Below are positions 1 through 9,522 of a stretch of DNA of 64,000 nucleotides, in pieces (position 1 is the first letter of the stretch; each line of letters begins with the position of its first letter). Below the pieces are notes generated by a model. That model did no database searches and had not been told where the DNA came from. It was given only the letters and a program-made list of their open reading frames with translations. The stretch comes from Azolla caroliniana (taxonomy: Eukaryota; Plantae; Polypodiophyta). Made by a program: the position numbers and the translations under genes. The stretch lies in contig JBHGNT010000004.1 in the NCBI GenBank assembly GCA_043228905.1, forward strand, positions 1,922,001 to 1,986,000. The letters run 5' to 3'.

Positions 1-3000
1 AATGCGCTGAACCGGACCTCCCTGATGAGGAAGATAGTGAACCTCAAGTACCGGGACGGCGAGAGTATGGTGGAACACGTAAGCACGTTCATGGGATTCG
101 TGAACCAGCTTGCGGCGATCAAGTTCCCGTTGGAGGATGCAATGCAAGCCATCATCCTGATGTGTACATTGCCGGAAAGCTGGGAGAACTTGGTGGTGAC
201 TCTCAGCACCTCCTGCACCGAAGATAACTTGTCCCTACAAACGGTAAAGACAAGTATTTTGAACGAAGAACGCGTCGGAGAGATAAAGAACCGGCCTCCG
301 ACTCGAAGGCGCTGCTTACCGAATCGGAACGGGGAAGACAACGGAACCGGAGTCCGCAAAGACGGGAGAAGTCGGGGACCCGGTCGCAGTCAAGAGGAAG
401 GCCCACATGCTTCCACTGTGGGAAGCCGGGGCACTTCCGGAAGAATTGTCGGCATTACCGAAAAGACAACGGAGCCGACGACACCGATTCGAAGAAGTCA
501 CCGGAGCGAAACGGTGCATACCGGGGAGCCACGGACCGGAGAGGTCCGGATCGGCGAGGGCAGGACCGGAAAGGAACGACGGCACTCGCGGCAAGTGAAG
601 AAGAGATAATGCTCATTACCGAAGAGAGGGAGCTGAACCTTGCCGTGAAGAGATGACCTGGGTGGTCGATTCCGGAGCGTCGTTCCACCTGACCCCGGAG
701 AAGAAATACTTCTCATCCTACACAGCCGGTGAGCACGGCTGTGTCCGGATGGGAAATGAAGGTACATGCCGGATTGCCGGCATAGGAGACGTGTGGCTGA
801 TGACATCAACCGGATGCAAGATGCTGCTTAAGGATGTTCGACACGTTCCGGAGGTTCGATTGAACCTGATTTCGGCCGGGAGGCTAGACGATGAAGGCTA
901 CACGGGTAGCATCCGGAACGGTGTCATGAAGTTCAGCAAAGGGAGCCTGATAGTGGCTCGGGCCCGGAAGGTCAACACACTGTACCTGATGAATTCCCGG
1001 CTATGTCCGGAGGAGCTGAACGTGGCAGCTGACACTGCCGGTGAGCTGTGGCACAAGAGACTGTGCCACATGAGCGAGAAGGGGATGAAGAGGCTTGCAG
1101 AAGACAACCTTATTCCAGTGAAGTATGTGCATCTGGAGAAGTGCACCGATGCCTGGCCGGTAAGCAGAACCGAGCCTCCTTCCACTCAAGGCCACCGACG
1201 AGACGTAGCGCACCATTGGAGTTGGTGCACACTGACGTGTGTCAAGTAGAAACGAAGTCACATGGCGGAGCCCAGTACTTCGTGACATTCATTGATGACC
1301 ACAGCCGGAAGCTGTGGACGGCACCGTTGAAGACAAAGGACCAAGTGTTGTGTGTCTTCAAAGAACTCCACGCGAGAGTGGAAAGGGAATCCGGCAAGAA
1401 GCTGAAAGTGATACGAGCGGATAACGGAGGGGAATACCGGGGGCAGTTCGCGGAGTACTGTCGCTCGAAGGGAATCCGGCTTGAGTTTACTGTGCCGAAG
1501 ACGCCGGAACTGAACGGGCTGGCCGAGAGGATGAACCGGACCATAATGGAGAGGGTCCGGAGTATGTTGGCGCATGCGAAATTACCCAAGGGGTTTTGGG
1601 TTGAGGCAATGTCAACGGCGACATACGTGATAAACAGATCACCCTCAGTACCTTTGGACGGAGACACGCCGCAGAGAGTGTGGACCGGTAGGGAAGTATC
1701 CTACCGGCATCTGAAGGTGTTCGGGTGTCTCGCATATGTGCATGTGGCAAAGGACCGGAGAGGAAAGTTAGATCCAAAGACCCGGCCATGCATATTCCTC
1801 GGTTACGGCGACAACGAGTTCGGCTACTGAGTATGGGACCCGGTCGACAAGAAGATATTCAGGAGTCGAGATATCATCTTCATGGAGGACAAGACACTCG
1901 CCGACTGGGAGTCGGAGAAGAAGATGAAGAGCTCCAAGTCGACCGGTGAGGATCAACTCTACGAGGAGCAGTCCCGACCGGCAAGGGACCGGTTAGGACT
2001 CGAGGATCCGGCCGAAGACGGTGAAGAAACAGAACCGGCCGAGGAAGATGAAACTGATACCGGAACCGGCCCCGATCCCGAAATGGATTCGGATGAAGAG
2101 GAAACGGAAGGGCCGGTTACCGAAGCTCCGGAACGGAGATATCCTCTAAGAGAGAAGGGCCCCCCGGAGATTTCCGGAACCAGAGCACGTGCTGCTAACC
2201 GACGAGGGGGAGCCGGAGAGTTTTGAAGAAGCAAAGCTTGACACCCATAGCCGCAGGTGGTTAAGTGCCATGCAGGAGGAGATGGATTCCCTGCATGAGA
2301 ACCACACATATGAACTTGTTGAGTTGCCGAAAGGAAAGCGGGCACTTCGAAACAAGTGGGTGTTCAAGCTGAAACCGGGAGATGCCGGAAACCCCCCGAG
2401 ATACAAAGCCAGGATCGTGGTGAAGGGGTTCCAGCAGAAGAAGGGCGTCGATTTCGACGAGATATTTGCCCCGGTAGTGAAGATGACCTCCATCCGGACG
2501 GTGCTGAGCATAGCGGCAAGCATGGACCTCGAGGTAGAACAGATGGACGTGAAGACGGCATTCCTTCACGGTGACCTCGAAGAAGAGATCTACATGCAGC
2601 AACCGGAAGGATTCGAGAAGAAAGGGAAGGAGCACCTGGTATGCCGGTTGAAGAAGAGCCTTTACGGACTGAAGCAGGCTCCCCGGCAATGGTACCGGAA
2701 GTTCGACTCCTTCATGACCGACGAAGGGTACCACAAAACGCAGTCCGATCACTGCGTGTTTGTGAAGAAGTTCGAAGGAGGAGACTTTCTAATACTCCTC
2801 CTATACGTGGACGACATGTTGATCGTCGGACGGGACCAGGTCAAGATACAGACGCTGAAGAAAGCGCTTCACCGAACCTTCTCAATGAAGGACCTGGGTC
2901 CGGCGAGGCAAATACTAGGAATGCACATCATCCGGGACCGGAAGAAGAAGCAGTTGTGGCTGTCACAGGAGAAGTACGTGACAAAGGTGCTTCACCGGTT

Positions 3001-3781
3001 CAACATGTCGGAAGCAAGACCGGTCGGGTCAACCCTCCCGGCAAACTGCAAGTTGTCCAGCAAACAAAGCCCCAAGACGAAGGCTGAGAAGGAGGACATG
3101 ATGAAAGTACCATATGCCTCTGCTGTCGGAAGCTTGATGTACGCAATGGTGTGTACAAGACCGGACATAGGATATGCAGTTGGAGTGGTGAGCCGGTACA
3201 TGAGCAATCCCGGCAAAGAGCACTGGAACGCGGTCAAGTGGATACTCCGATACCTAAAGGGCACGGCAAACGTGTGCCTCCGATTCGGCTCCGGTAAGCC
3301 CGAACTCGACGGCTTTACTGATTCGGATATGTCGGCTGATGAAGATACCAGCCGGTCCACATCAGGGTATGTGATGACGTATGCAGTGGGAGCTGTTTCG
3401 TGGCAGTCGAGGCTGCAGAAGACGGTTGCGTTGTCAACCACGGAGGCGGAGTACATGGCGGTTGTTGAAGCCGGCAAGGAAATAATATGGATGAAGGACT
3501 TCATTAGAGAGCTCGGTATCCGGCAAGAGGAGTACCGACTCTACTGCGACAGTCAGAGTGCCATCCACCTTGCGAAGAACGCGGCCTATCACTCCCGAAC
3601 GAAGCACATCCAGCGAAGATATCACTGGATCCGGGAAAGGATAGAAGACCAGGAGTTCGTGCTGACGAAGATCCACACGGAAGAGAACGGGTCAGATATG
3701 CTGACCAAAGTGCTCACACCCGACAAGCTGGAAGCGTGCCGGAAGAGGGTCAGACTGGAAAGACATCCCATGCCGAAGTGA
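1..3781 (+). pseudogene. Copia gag-pol polyprotein, disrupted by frameshifts and a stop
   Basis: Gag-like 25-270; protease WVVDSGASFH; LWHKRLCH; integrase LVHTDVC / IRADNGGEY / NGLAERMNRT; open RT-RNaseH 2189-3781 with SLYGLKQAPRQW, YVDDML, STTEAEY; breaks near 270, 1150, 1828 (TGA) and 2160. Confidence 0.93.
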
Positions 3782-3789
3782 AGGGGGAG
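3780..3789 (+). promoter_or_regulatory. Polypurine tract of copia 1
   Basis: GAAGGGGGAG lies 2 nt before the LTR-initial TG. Confidence 0.9.
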
Positions 3790-3791
3790 TT

Positions 3792-4520
3792 TGTTGGGAT
3801 TACGGTCCCTCCGGATGGGATGGTCGGATGTCCGGGAATCGGGGATGAAGACCCCGGTTACGGAGCCGGATGATGAAGACCCCGGCTACGGAGCCGGATG
3901 ATGAAGACCCCGGTTACGGAGACCCCGGTTACGGAGCCGGATGATGAAGACCCCGGCTACGGAGCCGGATGATGAAGACCCCGGCTACGGAGCCGGATGA
4001 TGAAGACCCCGGTTACGGAGCCGGATGATGAAGACCCCGGCTATGGAGCCGGATGACGAATGTACCCGGAGAGAGATCCGGATGCGGGGACATATTTGTG
4101 AATATGTTTGCCAAGGGCCCTTGAGGCTATATTTGTAAATAGCTCGAAAGTCATATGTGTATAAATATGACTTAGGGCAAACAGTTTTATGTTGTTGCTA
4201 ATTTTTCTTGTTTTCACTCAGAGGGAGTGAAGAGAGCAGCCGAGAGAGAGAGAGACGAAGAGGTCGTTGCCTCTGTGTATTACCGCCGCCTGTGGCGAAG
4301 ACAGTGAGCTCAAGGTTGTTGCCTTGTAGCCTCACCATTGTACATCTCTGTTTGTAGTGATAGTTGGAGTTTGAGGACTCCCGTGGTTTTTCCCATTTAG
4401 GGCTTTCCACGTAAAACATCCAGTGTACTCTTCTCTCTATTGATCTACGTGCATTTGTATTTCCTGTTTTCTGTGAGTTTATCCTATTCCTCGGTTGTGG
4501 CCGAGAACCGTTGTACAACA
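3792..4520 (+). repeat. 3' LTR of copia 1 (729 bp)
   Basis: Starts TGTTGGG after the PPT, ends TACAACA; aligns with solo LTR 6636-7485. Confidence 0.9.
3842..4058 (+). repeat. 28-bp tandem repeat in LTR U3 (about 7 units plus a 15-bp partial)
   Basis: Unit CCGGATGATGAAGACCCCGG(C/T)TACGGAG. Confidence 0.95.
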
Positions 4521-4718
4521 TGAAGGACTCCGGATTCTTGCCGCTAGTGCTAGAAGGCTTCTCCATAGTTCGGCTGAAGAAGGAAGAGGCGGACCGCGCG
4601 GAACAACGGGTCCAGGAGGTCACCGGATGGGACGATCTGGTCGAAGAGAAAATGGGCTTCCTAGAAGCTGCTTGCCAGAACTACGAGGTTCTGGTGGAAG
4701 ACAAACGAGCAAGAAAGG

Positions 4719-4751
<33 letters not shown>

Positions 4752-5427
4752 CCCCTGCAGAGGTATAACCCGGTTCGGACCGAAACCGACCAGTGCCGGC
4801 AACCCAGGTGTGTCGGCCGGGAAGAAGCAGGCGGGGTTTCGGTTGGAAGGAGTTCCACGACTCCATCGTAGACTTGGTGAAGATGAAAAGGCTGTCGAAA
4901 GAGCCAGAGCTGGAGAAGCCGGTGGAAGTGCGAACGACGCACATAGAGGACGCGGCCTTAGAAGACGAGTTGGCGGAAAGCCACTACGCGAAGCCGCATT
5001 GGGCCAGGGCGACGTTCCAGAACCGGTGGTGGCCTTGGTAGACCATGGGTCCGAAATCAACCTAATGTCCATGGATTTCTACAAGAGGGGTAAATGGCCG
5101 ATCAACACCAAGCACGGGTAGAAGATACGCGCGGCGACGCGTGCTACGGAGGAGCTGCATGGGGCGTGCCCGAATATACGCGTAAAGGTCGGTGACATCG
5201 AGATAGATCAACATTTCTTCGTGTAGGAAACATCCTCGCACCCGGTGATTCTCGGCGAACCATACATTACGGCAGCGCGCATGGAGACGAAAGTGCTGGA
5301 CAACGGTTCGGCGTACGCACGCATCAAGAGCCAGGACGGTCGGCATTCCGTCGAATTCATGACCACACGACCGAACCATGAGAGGAACCGCGCGACCCTC
5401 GATAGCGGCAGCCGAGGGGATTTTTAG
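4521..5427 (+). pseudogene. Gag C-terminus and aspartic protease of gypsy A
   Basis: EAACQNYEVLVEDKR, PHWARAT, VALVDHGSEINLM, ILGEPYI; ends GDF-stop; poly-G tract and deletions. Confidence 0.88.
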
Positions 5428-6635
5428 AGAGGGCTATCAAGGCGTGGGGCCGTGGTAGTCCGAACGTACCAGAAGAACCCCACACATGTAAAGTAGATAG
5501 GAAGTTTTGGTTCTCCAAAAACGGAGGTTGTACTATAACCGGCGTCATTGGCCGGGAGAGGAAGCGAGCGGAGGAGCGGCTCAGGGGATGCGGAGTCCTC
5601 TTCCTCGATGAAGACATCAGCGGCGCCGTCGAGGCGGTCTCTTTTGACGACACCTTGGGCGAACTGCGAAAGGTGATCGGTGAAGACCTTAGAGAAGACC
5701 GGACCGTTCCGGTATGGTCAATGGGAATGTACGAAGTCATCGCGGACTTCAGGGAAAGGATCGGGTCGGATCGGACGGCCCGCGTGGATACAAAGTACAA
5801 GACCGTGGACTGAAAGGTGACGCCAGTAGCGGTAGCCTTGCCGGAGGGCAGCGAGGAGCGGATAAAAGGGGTCGCGTCGGACCCGAGTTTACGGAATCCG
5901 GCTGGCATAGAGCACTGGTTCACCGACATAACGCTACGGGAGCTCAAGGTTGGTGGGGGCGGCTTTCTACTGCCGGCAGAGGAGGACAGGTTTCGGAGAA
6001 TTCTCGGAAGGCATGGGAAAGCCTTCGCGTTCTCGCCATAGGAGATCGGGTGCGTGGACCCGACGATCGTTGAACCGATGGTGATTTTCACGGTACCGCA
6101 TGTACCATGGAATCTCAAACCGATTCCAGTGCCGAGAGCTCACATTCCGAAGTTGATGGAGCTTCTGAAGCAAAAGGTGGAGATGGGCATCCTCGAATTG
6201 TCGAGTGCCCCGTATTCGAATCGGTGGTTTACGGTGCTGAAGAAGAACGGCACGCTGCGCTTCATTCAAGACCTGGAACCAATCAACAAGGTGACCATCC
6301 GTAATGCAGGAATCGGACCGACCATAGACGAGGTCGCAGAGGCCTTCGCCGGAAGGTCGATTTAGTCTGTCGGTGATCTGTACTCGGGGTACGATCAGTT
6401 CCAACTAGTCGTCGAGAGCAGAGACATTATGACGATGTGTACCCTGCCACAAGGAGGGATGAAGTCAGTGGCTCACATGGTGAATGTGATGAACAAAGTG
6501 CTCAGGGATTGTATCCTGGACATCACCATGTCATTCTTAGACGACATCCCGATCAAGGGATGCCCGGTGGAGAAAAAGGACGAGGCAATCGGGCATCTCA
6601 CATCGATGACTGCGAGAAGGTGCTATAGAGACTAG

Positions 6636-7485
6636 TGTTGGGATTTCGGTCCCTCCGGATGGGATGTCCGGAGATGAATGACGGCAAGCCCGGTTTCCTT
6701 TCGGAGCCGGATGATGAAGACCCCGGCTACGGAGCCGGATGATGAAGACCCCGGCTACGGAGCCGGATGATGAATACCCCGGCTACGGAGCCGGATGATG
6801 AAGACCCCGGCTACGGAGCCGGATGATGAATACCCCGGCTACGGAGCCGGATGATGAAGACCCCGGCTACGGAGCCGGATGATGAATACCCCGGTTACGG
6901 TGCCGGATGATGAAGACCCCGGCTACGGTGCCGGATGATGAAGACCCCGGCTACGGAGCCGGATGATGAATACCCCGGCTACGGAGCCGGATGATGAAGA
7001 CCCCGGTTACGGAGCAGGATGACGAATGTACCCGGAGGGAGATCCGGATGCGGGGACATATTTGTGAATATGTTTGCCAAGAGCCCTTGAGGCTATATTT
7101 GTAAATAGCCCGAAAGTCATATGTGTATAAATATGACTTAGGGCAAACAGTTTATGTTGTTGCTTAATTTTCATGCGAAGTGAGAGCAGCCGAGAGAGAG
7201 AGAGAGAGAGAGGGACGAAGAGGTCGTTGCCTCTGTGTATTGCCGCCGCCTGTGGCGAAGACAGTGAGCTCAAGGTTGTTGCCTTGTAGCTTCACCAGTG
7301 TACATCCCTGTTCATAGTGATAGTTGGAGGTTGAGGACTCCCGTGGTTTTTCCCGTATAGGGTTTTCCACGTTAATCCCTGTGTATCGCGTCTTTCTCTG
7401 TATTTCCTATTTTCTGCTGCATTGATCCGCGATTACTCGGTTGTGGCCGAGCGGTGAAGGTGAATCGAAGCGTTGATTCCCGACA
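6636..7485 (+). mobile_element. Solo LTR of the copia 1 family (850 bp) with 5-bp TSD ACTAG
   Basis: TGTTGGGA...TCCCGACA ends; ACTAG at 6631-6635 and 7486-7490; host RT sequence (EKVL.RLE.ARLTFSGEK) rejoins across it. Confidence 0.96.
6703..7025 (+). repeat. 28-bp tandem repeat, 11 units
   Basis: ATGATGAA recurs every 28 bp from 6711 to 6991. Confidence 0.95.
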
Positions 7486-9124
7486 ACTAGAAGGCGCGAG
7501 GCTCACCTTCTCCGGGGAAAAGTCGGCCTTCGGGCAATCAGAGATCATGGTCGTCGGGCACCTATGCGGACCATACGGTCGGAAACCGTCTCCGGCCAAG
7601 GTGGAAGCCATCTCCGCGATGAAGCATGACTGCAATTCGGTCACGGAGGTCCGCAGATTCTTGGGAGCATGCGCGTTCTACCACATCTGGATCCTGCACT
7701 ACGCACATGTCGCGGAACCCTAAACCCTAAACGCCTCTACGGACTATTGAAAAACGGGCTTAGCTTTGAGTGCAGGACGGAGCACACGGAGTCGGTACGG
7801 AGACTAAAGGAGGCGCTTACGGTAGCGCCGGCTCTCCGTAAAGCGGTTTACGGCAAGGATGTTCCCATCTGCGTGACAGTGGAAACCAGCCCGACCGGGA
7901 TTGGGTGGGTAATTAGTTAGGAGGACAAGGACGGCATACGATTCCCGATCCGGTTTGGGGTGAAGGTATTCAGTGAGCGGCAGCGAGGATACACCCAAGT
8001 TAAGCGCGAGCTTTGGGGTGTCGTTTCGGCAGTCAAGGCCGACAAGGATTATCTGATCGGGACGGAGGTGATCATCGAGACGGACTGCCTGCCAATACTC
8101 CGCATGGTTTCCGAATGCGCGACGCCGGACCTAGCAATGCTCCGGTGGATAGCGTACATTAAGTCCCTGAACCCGGAGATACGGCACATCTCCGGAAAGG
8201 ATAACGCCATGGCCGACATGCTTTCGAGAGCAAGGTTCAACGACGAAGGCGGCATGGTTTCGGATGACGAAGAAGTCGACGAGGACTTCTTCGGGTCGGC
8301 TAACACAGCAATGAGGGAAAGGGACACTCCGACGCTTAACAAATTTGACGAAAGCAGGTACGATCGGGAGTGGCTCCAAATCGGGAGGTTCCTACGGATG
8401 ATGACGCCAGACGTAGCATGGACGAGAGAAGAGGCGATCCGGGTATGGAAGAAGGCGTACCGATTCTTCCTACAGGAGAAGAGAAACGACATCCTGCTCC
8501 GAGTAGCGACAAAGAAAGAAGAACAGGAGGAACTACTGGCCGCATTTCACGAGAGTCCCTGAGCCGGGCACCGCGGAACGTGGGCCACGTTCGAGAAGTT
8601 GAAGGAGAAGTAATGGTGGTCGGGGCTGTACCAGGACGTGCATCGGTTCGTAACGACTTGCGAAAGCTGTCAGATGCACTCCGTAGTCCGACAACGGGAC
8701 GAGCTACACCCGACCTACCTACCTACGGTCCATTTCAAGTGGATGGTGGACTTGGTGACGATGCCGATGGGGGTAGGACAGATGCGATACCTGGTGCTTG
8801 CACGGGAAGACTTAACGAACCAGGTGGAAGGCCGTGCACTGCAAAGCAAGACAACCGTGACGGTATGCCGATTCCTGATTGAAGAAGTAGTGTGTCGGTA
8901 CGGGTGCGTCGGGAGGATCGTGGCGGACCGGGGAGAGCTGGATGCGCGGGAGGTTGAGGAGTTGTTCAACTAGCTAGGCGTCAAACTCTCCCTCACTACG
9001 GCATACAATCCGGAGGCGAACGGAAAAGTAGAACGTGGGCACGGGCCAATCGTAAAGGCGTTGGTGCGTGCATGCGGAGGGCAGGTCGGGAATTGGCCGC
9101 GACTCCTTCCTTACGCACTGTGGG

Positions 9125-9427
9125 AAAGGAGGCACTCCCCTTTTTTGGGGGGGGGGGGGGGAACTATTTAAGGAGAGGGGAGAAGGAGGAAAAATATCGC
9201 GCGTTGGCGAGGATGAAGTCCTGCTGCAGAACCGAGTGCCGAGCTCTCTCTTCTCCTCCTCTGGTCGTCGGTCTCTGTGGGTGTCGGGAGTTCGCTGCCT
9301 CTGCTTTGTTGACAACCCGTGTGCTTCAAGCAGAGGCTCTCCCCGTTTTGGTTCTTGGAGTTGTGTGGCAGTCGTCTGTGTGCGTGAGTAGGACCCCGTG
9401 TCGGGCCCATTACCGGGTTGCCTGTTC
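9125..9427 (+). repeat. Internal fragment of a gypsy-family LTR in + orientation (probably the 3' LTR of A)
   Basis: TATTTAAGGAG-GA-rich-ATCGCG-GAGGATGAAGT-CTCTCTCTTC-TCGGGAG-GTGCTTC follows the same order as the sense strand of B's 5' LTR. Confidence 0.6.
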
Positions 9428-9449
9428 GTGGACAGTTTTCTTCACGACA

Positions 9450-9461
9450 TCCGCCCCCACC
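9450..9461 (-). promoter_or_regulatory. Polypurine tract of B
   Basis: GGTGGGGGCGGA directly before the LTR TG; same motif at 20516-20527 (-) and a variant at about 25499-25510 (+). Confidence 0.85.
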
Positions 9462-9522
9462 TAACCGCGCATCCACCGGCATGCGCCAAATTGAGTTGGG
9501 ATGGAGAAAACCGGTCCAGCCT

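Larger units (their letters stand above)
1..4520 (+). mobile_element. Ty1/copia LTR retrotransposon (Tnt1/Tork-like), 5' part outside the window, inserted in gag of gypsy A
   Basis: Domain order gag-PR-IN-RT-RH, then PPT and a TGTTG...CAACA LTR; gypsy gag coding sequence resumes at 4521. Confidence 0.95.
5424..9124 (+). pseudogene. pol (RT-RNaseH-integrase) of gypsy A, interrupted by a solo LTR
   Basis: PWNLKPIPVP, LPQG, FLDD, KRELWG, NAMADMLSR, CESC, WMVDLV, YNPEANGKVE; multiple stops. Confidence 0.9.
4521..9427 (+). mobile_element. Decayed Ty3/gypsy element A (3' part), same family as element B
   Basis: Collinear protein similarity to B across gag, PR, RT, RH and IN; many stops and deletions; IN cut after LPYALW and joined to an LTR fragment. 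Confidence 0.9.

Noticed and set aside
3842-7025. Regular 28-bp repeats as a CRISPR array
   Set aside because: Units are contiguous with no unique spacers, lie inside LTRs, and the context is eukaryotic
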